From Chrysochromulina tobinii (Eukaryota): a DNA stretch of 38,084 nt. Location: contig JWZX01002823.1 in assembly GCA_001275005.1 (NCBI GenBank), forward strand, positions 1 through 38,084. The letters are read 5' to 3'. The translations under genes were made by a program, and so were the position numbers. Within the stretch, counting starts at the first letter, position 1. Every line of letters begins with the position of its first letter. The notes beneath the pieces are model-generated. The model saw only the letters and a program-made list of their open reading frames with translations. It searched no databases and was not told the origin of the DNA. Shown in pieces: positions 1 through 11,192 of this stretch.

Positions 1-1
1 C

Positions 2-121
2 GCGGCGGCGGCGCCCGCGGCGGCTGCGCCCGCGGCTGCGGGTGGCAAGCCGGCGGCCAAGGCCAAGGAGCCGGAGCCCGAGGAGGAGGAGGAGGCTGCG
101 GGCTTCGACCTCTTCGATTAA
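2..121 (+). CDS. 3' end of a 60S acidic ribosomal stalk protein (P0/P1/P2 family), partial
   Basis: Frame 2 reads AAAAPAAAAPAAAGGKPAAKAKEPEPEEEEEAAGFDLFD* (TAA 119-121). The Ala-rich hinge, acidic run and GFxLFD terminus are the P-protein C-terminal signature. Not in the ORF track because it lacks a start codon. Confidence 0.9.
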   Translation, partial: AAAAPAAAAPAAAGGKPAAKAKEPEPEEEEEAAGFDLFD

Positions 122-697
122 GCTCGCTTACTCGTCCAGACTCCCCCGGAGCCCCCCCCCCTTCCCCACGGCTATCCGGGCAGGGTCCGCGGCTCGCTTG
201 CTCGCAACGCATCGCTCCCGCGGGTGGTGCGTATCCTTCCTGATCGCTGCCGTGCTCCAGTTTTAGGATTAGGCGCGGCTGTGCGGCTGGGGGTGACGCT
301 CCGCGTGCATTTTCGCGCTGTGCCACGGATCCCGAGTGCAAGAGTCCGTGTTGTAATTGATCGCGGCCCCCCCAAATCGAGCTTTGCACTCTTTTCGCTC
401 CGTTAACGGCTCACGCGAATCTTTGACCTGCCCGTCTATGAAGTGAATCCTCGGCGGGCGCGGGTCTCGTCTCTCTTGAACTTCAATCCTTCCGGTCTCG
501 GGACTGTGATCTGTGTGCTGGCTGGCACCTAGACGCTGACGTGCGCAGCGTCACTCGGTCCCAGCTCCACCGGCCATCGCCCCGGCTCCCGACCGCGGCG
601 CGCGGCTCACGACGACGCCTTTAGGAACCTAGCAGGACGCGACGTGTCTCGAGCTGTCGAGCAGCGGAGGGTGAGGGCCGGTGGGCCGGTGGGGTGG

Positions 698-1713
698 CTA
701 TAGCAAATCGAGGATATCCCCCTGCTCCTCCTCGTGCTGCTGCGGAGGTGGCGGCATCGCCGCTGCCGTTGCCGTCGTTGCCGGCGCCGCGGGCTGCCGC
801 CTCGTCGTGCCGCCGCCTGCCGACGAAACCGACGCGCCCGGTACGGCGCTCCGTGGTGCCGAGGTGGCGCGTCTCTGTCTGCTCTCCTCCTCCTCGTCGT
901 CGTCCGCGTCCGCGTCGTCACCCAGGTTGGACTCGTGGTCTGACACGTGCGCAAAGGCGCTTTCGAGCGCTGTCTCGAGCGCGCAGATGCGGCGCTTCTT
1001 GCGGTTGAGCAGCAAGAGGAAGCGGTGACGGCGCGCGTCGAAACTCTCGTCAGAAGCCTCCGTGGCCACGCGCGACTCGATCGCGTCGAGTTCTTGCAGC
1101 TCTGCCTGCAGCACGTGGGCACTAGGGGGCGCTTCGTCACGCCGTCACGCCGTCACGTCGTCACGTCGTCACGTCGTCATGTGCAGGCCGAGTTCAGTGT
1201 CGCAGGGCGGAAGCACAGGTGGGGGATGCGGGCCATGGAGACGCAGCGCCCACGCACCTGAAGCTGAGCGCGCTCCTTCTCGTATTGGCCACATGTCCGC
1301 TGCAGCGCCGTGCACTCCTCGACCAGGCGCCGAAGCAGCGTGCGCAGCCCGTCGCCCAGAGGGTGGTCGACGTATAGCGTCATGGCCTGCTGCAGCACGT
1401 AATCGAACACTCCGTCGTTGTGCGTGCTCTTCCACGTAAGTTTGGCAGTGTCGTGCCGGGGGCCAATGGCGAGGGCATCGCTCGGGCCGCTCCGCAGCCC
1501 TTGGACCAGCTTCTTGCGGAAGTCGTCGGGCGAAGTGCCCGACGGGTGCCGCAGGTCCCGCGCATCGAGCTCGCCTGACCAAGTGCGTGTGCCGTCGCAG
1601 AGCATGACGCGCACGCTTCCCGTGGCCGTGGCGAGACAGGATAAGTACGCAACGCATGCGCCCTCGCCGCCGATGGCGAGGACGCGAGCATCGGCGGCCG
1701 ATGAGGCGTCCAT
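698..1713 (-). CDS. XRCC4: XRCC4-like non-homologous end-joining protein, 2 exons (1713-1258, 1105-698)
   Basis: Head motif VMLCDGTRTWSGELDARDL resembles XRCC4 ITLTDGHSAWTGTVSESEI. Coiled coil RFLLLLNRKKRRICALE resembles the ligase IV-binding RFILVLNEKKTKIRSL. Acidic disordered tail. A GT..AG intron at 1257-1106 joins the exons in frame. Confidence 0.7.
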
Positions 1714-1865
1714 TTGTGTTCACAAAATGTAACACGAGTGTGAAGAGTGTTTGCCATATCAGCCAGTGCTCTTTACTCATGCTACGGCGACCAACGGGGT
1801 GACTCTGACACTCTCCATCACATCACGCGGCTGCCGATAACGAGATGCGTTCTCCGAAACCGCGA

Positions 1866-2841
1866 ATGATGTCGTGCGCTTTGCTTCTCTTCGTCGTGTG
1901 CGCGACGCTGCGCCACGCGGCTGCCGACTGCACCGCGCTCGGATGCGTACTCACCGCTGGCGAGCACAAGTGGAGCGCCATCGTGCGTGGCGACGAGTGG
2001 ACGCTGAGCCTGAGCATCTCGGAGGAGCAGGACTCGGCGGCGGGCTCCCTGCTGCGTGGCGGCGTGGCGGAGGCGGTGAGCGCGGCCGTGAGCTTCTCTC
2101 GCAGCTCGAACGAGGCGATGGTCGCCTGGGCGTCGGCCGAGACGCAGGCCAACTGGTCCGCGATCATCTTCCATCTCGCGCCGCACACGATATACGTGCA
2201 TGGCAGCGGAGGCGAGCTCGTTGAGCTCGAGCGCGTGGAGATCGAGCGGTCGGCGGCGCGCCCGACTGCGACGACGAGCGGCGCGCTCACCGATCCGGAA
2301 GGGGGCACCGGAAGCAGCAGCTACCTGCCCGTGCCCGGCACCAATGTTCGTCTGCGCTCGCCCATCGACGGCGCGTGCTTGCTGACGGTGCCCGGCTCGG
2401 ACGCTCCCATGTTTGGTTCGTGCGACGGCGCCGGGAGCGTCTGGGCACTGCTCACCGGACGCGAGCCCTACAGTCGAGGCCTGCGGAACGTCGAGCGCGG
2501 CATGTGCCTGCAGCGGAAGTGCTACAGCGGCGGCAAGAATACGATGCAGCTCGGCAAGTGCGGCGTGTGCGGTACGATGCGATGGACCCTGGATCGCTCG
2601 CGTCTCGTCACCCCGAGCCTCACCTCGTCCGCATTCTTTTGCATCAGCCGCGCGCTCTCGTCGCCAGAGGCGGCGGCGGCGGCGCGTGCTGCTACGGTGC
2701 GTTTCGCCAGTGCGCCTGCGGTGGTTACGCCTGCGGTGGTTACGCCTGCCAACGCCACCGACGCCGACGCCACGAACACCGACGCCGCCGCCAATGCCAC
2801 CAGCGCCCACGGAGCCGCTGACGCCGCCGTCGACGACAGCA

Positions 2842-2877
<36 letters not shown>

Positions 2878-5041
2878 GCGCGGACGATGACGCCGAAGGC
2901 CACGCGAGCACAAGCGCCGTGCCGAGCGCCGAGCCGAGCGCCGTACCGAGCGCCGCCTACACGGCGCCGTGCGGCGCGGACGCAGAGCCGGTGCTCGTCG
3001 AGACGGCGCGCCTCCTTCTCTCGCAGCCGAGGGCTTCGCCAGAGACGCTGCTCGACGACTGGCTCGCCCGACTCGGCGCGGCACAGCGCGCTGAGGTGGG
3101 CGAGCTCATGACGGCGCTCGGCACAGCGCGGGCGAGCGCGGCGTCGTCATTGGCGGCGCTCTCGTCGGAAAAGGGCGAGCTCGCAGCCGAGGTGACGAAA
3201 CTCAACGACCGCCCTACGCATGCACATGCTCACCACGGCGCCCTCCCCTCCCCACAGGTGACGAAACTCAACGGCCAGGCGGCGAGCCTGAGCGAGCAGC
3301 TCGAGCTGACGAAGCTCAAGTCCGAGCAGACGGCCCAGGCGCTCGATGGCACACAGAAGCAGCTCAAGATGGCCAGGACGGCGCGTGAGGCCGCCCTCAC
3401 CTCAGAGCGGCACTGGAAGTCGCAATTGATGGAGGCGCAGGGGCGTGCGGATGCGCTGCAGGAGGCCACGGGCGCCGCGATGAATGAAACCGACGCCGCG
3501 TCGGTACGTTTGGGCGAAACCACCTCCACGATCCTATGCATGCACGTGCTCACCACGGCGCCCTCTCCCCACAGGTACGTTTGGGCGAAACCACCTCCAC
3601 GATCCCATGCATGCATGTGCTCACCACGGCGCCCTCTCCCCACAGGTACGTTTGGGCGAAACCACCTCCACGATCCGTCTTCTCAACGCGTCGCTCGTCG
3701 CCGCGGAAGCTCGAGCACTGCGGGCTGCGGAGAAGGCACAGCAGAGCGAGGCGGCCCAGAGGCAGCTCGCGATGGACGACACCGAGCGGGCGAAGCGCGC
3801 GGCGGCGAGGGAGGTGGAGCTCGAGAAGGTGAGTGCGCGCGCAATCAGCTGCGAGGCCAGGATCACGGAGGAGTGGAAGGGGCAGGCGGAGTGCAAGGAG
3901 GCGGCCGAAGCGCGCGCCGTCCTGAGCGCACAGCTCGCCTCCCAACGCAATCTCACCCAGCGAGCTCAGGCGGCGGCTGATGAGGCGCGTCATCAGGCCG
4001 TTGGGAGGGAGGCGGCGGCCGAGCTGGCGGCGCAGTGTGCGGCGGCCAAGGTGGAGGTCGAGGCGCAGCTCAGTGTCCTTTTGACGAAGCACGCGACCCT
4101 CACTACCGAAACCACAGCATGCCGCCAGAGCGAGCAGGCGGCGCTCACCTCCCTAGGCGTCGCCGAGGCGCAGGCGACGTCGCAGAGCGCCGTAGCGGGC
4201 GCGTGCGCTGCCGAGGCGAAGCGCTCGACGGCGCGCCTCGCGCATCTCGAGACCGAGCTCGCCAATCTCGCCGAGCTCAACGTGAGCTGCGCGACCGAGC
4301 TCGAGCGGTTCGTCAACTTCGTCGATGAGGCCCCTGTTGGAGTCTCGACGAGCGTGCGGCTCGTGCGGACTGCGCGTCGGCTGCTCGGCGCGGACGCTGC
4401 AGTGAGCGCCCACCAACTGCGTGGACTGCTTCGCGCGTTCACAGACGCCCTGAGTGCGCCTGTGAAGGCCAAATGGTATGCATGCTGAGTGTGACTGATG
4501 GCCTTCTGAAGGCCTCTCTGATGGCCTTGTGATGGCCTCTTGAGTGACTTGTCTGATGGCCTCCCTCATCAGGTACCGTCTTGACGTGCATGCACGTGCC
4601 CGAGGCGGCGCTTTTGGCGCGAGCTGGTCCGCTTGGCCTCCCTCCTCGCCCCCACCTATCCACCTGGCTGTGGACGCCCGTCCGTCCTTGTATGGGCTGC
4701 TCCTGCTGCTGCTGCTGCTGCTTCGCTCCTACTTCGTGCAGCGGCGCTGCGGGCAAGCTCTGCGCGCAGCCGCTGTAGAGCTTGCCGAGCTTCGGGACAA
4801 GCATGGCGGTTCGGCCGCTGGCGCGCCGGCCGCTGGCGCCGTCGCGGGCTCCATCAAGGGTGCCGTCAAGGGCGTCGGCGGCGGTGGCGGCGGCGGCATT
4901 GTTAAAGGCAGTTCCGGTCCGGGGACTTCGCCGCCGCCCTCTGCGCCGCCCTCGCCGCCCTCCGTACCCATGGAGCCGTTCGAGTGTCCATCCGCATCAC
5001 TGCCGCCGCCAGCATCCCCGCCGCGCCATGTTGAGTTGTGA
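1866..5041 (+). CDS. Secretory/membrane-anchored protein: signal peptide, ricin-B-like Cys segment, Ser/Ala linker, long coiled coil, C-terminal TM helix, Pro-rich tail; exons ~1866-3191, 3258-3503, 3646-4475, 4573-5041
   Basis: N-terminus MMSCALLLFVVCATLRHAAA is hydrophobic. LRNVERGMCLQRKC...QLGKC...RWTL is ricin-lectin-like. LYGLLLLLLLLLRSYF is a TM segment. ORFs 1845-3980, 3484-4488 and 4544-5041 join in frame via GT-AG introns 3192-3257, 3504-3645 and 4476-4572. The start could be 1845. Confidence 0.6.
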
Positions 5042-5699
5042 AGTCTCCCAAGACGGTGTGAACGCACCCGTGGCGGGTGGCAGCGCGACTCACCGGAGGG
5101 CAGTTGGCATTGCCACAGTCCATTGTCCTACAATAGTGTGCAGCTGCGTGAATGCGGAGTCAACATGCGGGACGAATCGGTTCGGTCCCGGGTGACGGTC
5201 CCGGCGCGGCGGGGCGTCGCTGCGTCGTCTGTCGGTAGGGGGTCGCGGCAGGGGCGAGGGGGACGTATTGCGGCGTCGTGCGCTTTTCGGCAGGGCATTC
5301 GCGTCATTTCGTTTAATCGGCGCATTGTAGTTTGAGAAATCGGTGCGGCGAGGGCCGAGGGCCTGTGCGAGCCGAGCGTGACGAAGCTATAGAGTGGCGG
5401 ACCGGACCGTGGCGCCGGCGGCGGGACGCGCGGCGGCTGACTGTATTCACAGCGGTCAAGCTGCGTCGTGTCACCGCACGGGGGTAGACAAAGCCTCAAA
5501 CGCGGCTCCGCTCTCCTCTCCGCGAAGAACAAGAACGCGGCCCGACGCGAACGCACGCCTCGACGCGACCCCCATGCTCATTGTTCTCGACACCGCCTCC
5601 GTCACTCTATAGACTGTCTCTCGAAGGAAGCGGTCGACCGGCAACCTGTGTGGGCGCTCGAAACTTAACGGCTCAAAAGCCCCGATCGGACCAGCGCGC

Positions 5700-6461
5700 T
5701 CATCGATTCCGCGCGGAGGTGGAGAGCATCGCAAGCGCTGTCACACCGCTGAGCACGCAGGCGGCGACCGAAGCGATATACGTCCGCCGAATCTCCCGAG
5801 ATACTATCTCGGCGTGCCGCGCATGCTCGGCAGCAGAAGCCCCGACCGGAGCCGCCGCGTATGCTGCTGGCGCCGCCGCCGCCGCCGCGGGTGCGCTCGG
5901 TACGGCGCGCCTTTGCAATGCCGCCAGCACGCCAGCTTCAATCTCGGCCTTCATCTCGGATGCGAAGGTTTCCTGACGCAGCATGCTCATCTCTTGATGC
6001 AACGCGTCGGCGAGCGCTGCACGGTCCACCGACGGAGGGTATGCGCTCACCACCGGCGGGCTCGAGCGCAGCGCCGACGTGAACCACCCGGCGATGGAGA
6101 AGCTCCCGCCAAGGACCCACATGAACAGCATCGAGTCGAGCCGCGCCTTGTGTTCGATGCACAACTCGCCGAGCCGGTTCTGCTCGATCGAGATCTGCTC
6201 AAAGTTGCCCTCCGCGCGCGCCTTGGCCCGGCTCGCAATCCGCTCCTCGATCCGTTTGTCCAAATCGCACAGGTGGCTATCCAGCTGCTTGACGAGCCAC
6301 ACCACGCTGCGCTTCGTACGCTCGTACGTGCGCTTTGCACGCTCGTACGAGTGGTCCGGCCCAGATGGCTGTGGTGGCTGCTCCGCAGCCACGGTCGACG
6401 AAGCGCCGCGCCTCGTCCATCGCGTGGTCGACGCCGGGCCTCGGCGGAGCATAATTCCCAT
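5700..6461 (-). CDS. Hypothetical protein with coiled coil and two hydrophobic (TM-like) segments
   Basis: 253-aa ORF with natural-looking composition. Hydrophobic stretches MLFMWVLGGSFSIAGWF and YIASVAACVLSGVTALAML. Start codon uncertain. Confidence 0.5.
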   Translation of the reverse strand: MGIMLRRGPASTTRWTRRGASSTVAAEQPPQPSGPDHSYERAKRTYERTKRSVVWLVKQLDSHLCDLDKRIEERIASRAKARAEGNFEQISIEQNRLGELCIEHKARLDSMLFMWVLGGSFSIAGWFTSALRSSPPVVSAYPPSVDRAALADALHQEMSMLRQETFASEMKAEIEAGVLAALQRRAVPSAPAAAAAAPAAYAAAPVGASAAEHARHAEIVSREIRRTYIASVAACVLSGVTALAMLSTSARNR

Positions 6462-6479
6462 TCGGTTGGTGCGGAATCG

Positions 6480-6522
6480 TACCGGTAAAAAGACGCCGGG
6501 GGGAGCCGGAATCGCACCGGTA
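6480..6522 (+). mobile_element. Short interspersed element, copy 1, between ACCGGTA direct repeats
   Basis: 6480-6509 TACCGGTAAAAAGACGCCGGGGGGAGCCGG is the exact reverse complement of 21851-21880. ACCGGTA occurs at 6481-6487 and 6516-6522. Confidence 0.55.
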
Positions 6523-6814
6523 CGTAAGTCAAGTCAAGTTCAAGGCAAGTAAAGTCATTTGATAGGCTTCCGTTTGGTTGTCTGTTGTTTATGTATAGAC
6601 TTGACTTGACTAACAACACGCGCATCCATGAACTAGTACTTGTGTTTCAAAGTCACCCGACACTTTCGGAGTTTCGGTGTCTTCAAATGGTACAAGTAGG
6701 TACTTCGACCTTCCCTCCCAGCCCCTTGACCTTCCTTGCACGCATCGTACGACCTTCGGTGCGACACACCGGAGATGCATGCTACCGTTTCCCTATAGTT
6801 GCATAGAGAAAACA

Positions 6815-8543
6815 ATGGCCGCTCCATCCTTGGCCGGTGCAGCTTCCTTAAGCGGGCGGCCCTGGTCACCACCTGGCCACCATCTGGTCAGGCAGCTGCA
6901 ACCCGCAGAGAGCAGCGTGACCACGCTCGACACGCTCATGACGTCGCTCCACCTGTCGCTGGAGAAGAGGTTGCTCGCGACCATGCCCGGCTCGTTGCAC
7001 GACGCGCAGACGCAGCAGTGGCTCGCGATGGCCAAGGCTGGCATGCGCGCCGGCATCAGGAAGTCGTCCGTCCTTCCACTCGTGAGGCCCAATTCATCCC
7101 CGGCTTACCCGGCACATCGCACGGTGACGATGACGCTTCAAGCGGTGGCATGTTCTCCAACTCCATTTGAGACGAGCACGACGTTCTCAAAAGCAGGAGG
7201 CCGCCCCGTGCGTCCTTGCACGTCCGCGCCACTGTGCCCAACACAGCGCGTGCGGCACGAGCAGAGCAAGCGCAACGTGGTCGCGTGGCGCGAGGAGCTC
7301 AAGCGACGCTTTGAGGAGGATCGCACCTCAACAGGTGTGGTTGACACTGATTGTGTGTGGCAGATGTGGCAGTGTCACACACCCTAGTGTTACCCTAGTG
7401 TCACCCCTATAGACCTCTGATTGTACTCTGATTGGCGTTAGATTGGCGTTAGATTGCCGTTGATGGTCTATTGATGGCCGTTGATTAGCCGTTGATTACT
7501 GTTCCTGATGACCACTGACTGTGTTATGACTGTGTTGCGGATCGCAAACGGATCGCACGTCGGCAGCTCGCCACGAAGAGGCGATGGCACAACGGCAGGT
7601 GCAACGGCACGCAAAGAGCCATCTCGAGGCCGAGCGGGCGATCAAATGGCGGGAGGAGCGGGTGAGTGGAGTGATTGTGATCGTGATGGTTAGCGTGATT
7701 GTAGGCATGGGATTGCCATCTGATTGCCATATGATTGCCATATGATTGCCATATGATTGCCATATGATTGCCATCTGAAGAAGTGAAGATCTGATTAGAT
7801 CTGATGCCATCTGAATGCCATTTGTGAGTGTTGTGATACGAATCTCGTGGGATCTCGTGGGATCTCGTGGGATCTCGTGGGATCTCGTGTTAATCTCGTG
7901 TGGGACCCTTTGCTCGACATCTTGTGAGCAGGAGGCGATGCACGAGGCCCGCCAATGGCGCAAGCGAGAGGCCGACGCGAAGGCCACTGCCCAGGCCAAC
8001 CAGCTGCTTCGCAAACAGCTCGCAGCGATGCAGGCGGAGGCGGCGGCGGCTGGAGGCGCCCCGTGCAGCGTGCCCCTCATCGACCGTCGCTCACCTGAGC
8101 ACCGACCGTTTATTTGGTCCTTCGGGCGGCGACGTCCGCTGAGCCCAGCGGAAGAGCCGCCGGAGAAGCCGGGCGAGGTGAGTGCCGCTCTGAGGACCAT
8201 TTATGGATATTTGATGATTGTTTGATGATAGATTGATGACCTTTTGATGACCTCTGATGGCCTCTGATGACCTCTGATGACCTCTGCTGAGATTGCAACA
8301 TTGCATGTATAGGTGCGCGCTTGGATCGAGGAGCAGCTAACGCGCGGCTACGCTCTCAGCGCGTCCGAGATCTCCGAGCTTCGTCACAAGCGAGACGAGC
8401 TCGATCAGAGACGTGTACCTGCTTGGATCGAAGAGCAGCTTGCGCGCGGCTACGCTCTCAGCGCGTCCGATATCTCTGAGCTTCGTGCTCACAAGCGTCG
8501 TCGCAAGCGCGACGGCGAACTCGGGCCGAGGAGACATGTTTAG
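6815..8543 (+). CDS. Hypothetical coiled-coil protein, 5 exons (6815-7081, 7247-7334, 7567-7661, 7932-8177, 8313-8543)
   Basis: Exons join in frame through GT-AG introns filled with microsatellites. The last exon carries a duplicated WIEEQL(T/A)RGYALSAS(E/D)ISELR unit. Confidence 0.55.
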
Positions 8544-9051
8544 AGACGTGTTCCCGCTTCAATCATGGTTGCCTTATGTGACAATTCCAATTGGCTCTTG
8601 CAATTGGGTTTGGCATGCAATGTGGCGACATGTATACTCTCGCGAGGGCGTTGCATGCTTGGCGCCGCGCTTGAGGTGTTATTAAAACTAAGGGTGTATC
8701 GGGCCACTCAACTTCTTGAAGGTGTGAACTGACGAACTATATGCTGGGTCGTTGGCATGCGCAAGGACGGACGGACGCTGCGTCTCTTCAGGGGGCGGCG
8801 ACGTACATACTCGTTGCCCCTTGGCTCGCCCATTTTGGGGGTTCACCGCCCACGTTGGCGGGCGCGCTCCCTCCTGAGTGCATATGTGGGTCTCGCCGCA
8901 CTCTCTCTTTTTATGGCTGTTTCTCAGGTCTCCGTCCGCATGTGTCTCATCTGAGGCCTGGCCTGTATTGTATTGTATTGTTTTCACGGCTGTGCTGCTT
9001 ACGTGTTGTGTGTATTAACATGAACTGACGAACTGAAGCAGCCTCCCGCCA

Positions 9052-10768
9052 ATGGACGTGCCGGCGGCGCGCTCGTTCGCTGGACATGTGCCACGGCCGC
9101 CGCCCAGGAATCTCGACTCGCGCGCCGCGATTCACCAGCGCCTCCTGGCACTCGCGCGCCAGTCGGAGCTGCAGCGCTTCGTCCGCACGCTCGCGGCGCT
9201 TGAGGCGCTGCACACCAACGAGCTGAACGAGCAGACCCGGGCGGCGCAGATGGCGATGGTGGAGGCCGACGCGGCGGTGGCGGAGGCAGCGGCGCTCCGC
9301 CATGCCGATGCCGCCAAAGAGGCCAAGCTCTCGTGCAAGATCGCCGCACTGCAGTCGGACGCTGAGCGGCGCGAGCGGCTGCTGCGCGAGCGCGAGGCCG
9401 AGTGCGAGGAGGCGACGGCGCGCGCGGTGGCCGCAGAGGAGCGTACGCGCTGCTCGGAGCAGACGCTCAGCATCGAACTGCGCCGCGCCGAGAGCGCCCA
9501 CCAGGAGGGCTCACGCCTGCTGCGCGACTTTGCGCGCGCACACGAGACGAAGGCGCACGCGTTGGACGCGATGCAGCAGAAGACGGACCGCTCGATGGCA
9601 CTGGTGCTCGGCATGCAGCAGCAGGCGGCGGAGCTGCAAAAGCGATTCTCGCAACAGCAGAGGAAGTCGATGCGCCTGCAGGAATCCCAGGGCGTCATCG
9701 ACGCGACTCAGCGCACGTGGGCGAGCGAGCGCGCCCACCTGATGGAGGCGGCGAGCTCCGCCGCCGCCGCCGCACGCGAAGCGACGGCGAGGCAGCACCA
9801 GCTTGAGCAGGTGCGTGCAGTGGATTGCGACAGCCTGCCGATGCATGCGTGACAGCCTGCCGATGCATGCGCGGCGGCCTGATGGCGGTGGATTGCGACT
9901 GACTGCCGATGCATGCGCGATGCATGCGCGGCGGCCTGATGGCGGTGGATTGCGACTGACTGCCGATGCATGCGCGATGCATGCGCGGCGGCCTGATAGC
10001 GGTGGATTGCGACTGACTGCCGATGCATGCGCGGCGGCCCTCGAACAGGCGAACGCGTCGCTCGTGCGTGAGCTCGGGTACGAGCGCGAGCACATCCAAC
10101 ACACGCTGCGCCACCAGCGCGAGCATGCCTCAAGATCGGAGGACATTTTGAGGCATGAGAACCAGCGGCTTCGTCAACTCCTCGACGTGCTTGAGGCGGA
10201 CACGTCGGCGCGCGTCACGCTCAAGATGGGCGGCGGGATGACACTCGCTCAGTAAGTTGATGGCAACTGAGTGCCCCTCGGATGACCTCGGATGACCTCG
10301 GATGATCCGGATGATCTCGGATGACCTCGGATGACCTCGGATGACCTCGGATGACCTCGGCTGGTCTCGGATGATCCGGATGATCTCGGATGACCTCGGA
10401 TGGCCTGCTGATGACTTGCCGATGACTTGCCGCGTGCCCCTCGGATGACCTCTATCATCAGGTATGTGAAGTCGCTCGAAGAGCGCCAAACACGGGCGCG
10501 GCGGCTTCAGGCGCAGGCCACGGTGGCGCGCACAGGCGGTGGCGCCGAGGGCGAGGCGCCCACGGTGGCGGCGGCGGCGGTGACGAGCCGAGGAGCGCTG
10601 CCGCCTCCGCCGCCGGCGCACCCGCCGGCGCACCCGCCGGCGCTGGGGGCGGAGGCCCTAGCGACGCCGTCGTCGCTGCAGGTGCAGTATGACATGCAGC
10701 CGCTGCCGTTGCAGCAGCACCGCACCCCAATGGCGTTTGCATCACCGGCGGTGGTCAGCGCGAGGTGA
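9052..10768 (+). CDS. Hypothetical coiled-coil protein, 3 exons (9052-9810, 10049-10251, 10462-10768)
   Basis: Long Ala/Glu/Arg/Gln heptad-rich ORF. Introns 9811-10048 and 10252-10461 have GT/AG ends and restore a single frame. Confidence 0.6.
9830..10040 (+). repeat. Intronic ~60-bp tandem repeat (TGCCGATGCATGCGCG...GGTGGATTGCGACTGAC), about 3 copies
   Basis: Directly visible repeated units inside intron 9811-10048. Confidence 0.85.
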
Positions 10769-11192
10769 GATCGAGATCGAGATCGAGATCGGCGGTGGTC
10801 ATTGCGAATCCAAACGCGAATCGAATGGCTGAACGCGGCTGTATCCGTGGGACGGCCACGTGCAGCGGGAGTATTGCCGCCGGTTCTACGCATGCTGAAC
10901 CAATGCTGTCTCGAGACTCAATCGAGAATCGTACCTCCTCGTTTTCGAGCATGAAATACACACACTCCAGAAAGATCGAGTGTTATGTGATAGAGAATAT
11001 TGTTTCCTGACACGCCACATGCTGTTCATGCTCGTCCGATGTTCGGCGACCGAAACTACTGAACGGACGGTACTGCTTAACTGATAACTCTTCGGTTTCG
11101 GCGGACGCTCGTCGGAGCGCGGAGGTCTCTCGGGTGTGTGAGTCCGGCGGGGGGAGGGACCGAGCGCACCCTTCACGCACCCTTTCTGTAGT

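Noticed and set aside
1818..2903. Long antisense and alternate-frame ORFs here and throughout (e.g. 26652-28190, 30722-31735, 34495-35196)
   Set aside because: These are Arg/Ala/Pro-rich shadow ORFs expected in high-GC DNA, overlapping better-supported genes.
1845..3980. 711-aa ORF taken as the complete protein
   Set aside because: It reads through an in-frame intron (3192-3257) and goes out of frame within intron 3504-3645. The spliced model extending to 5041 is more coherent.
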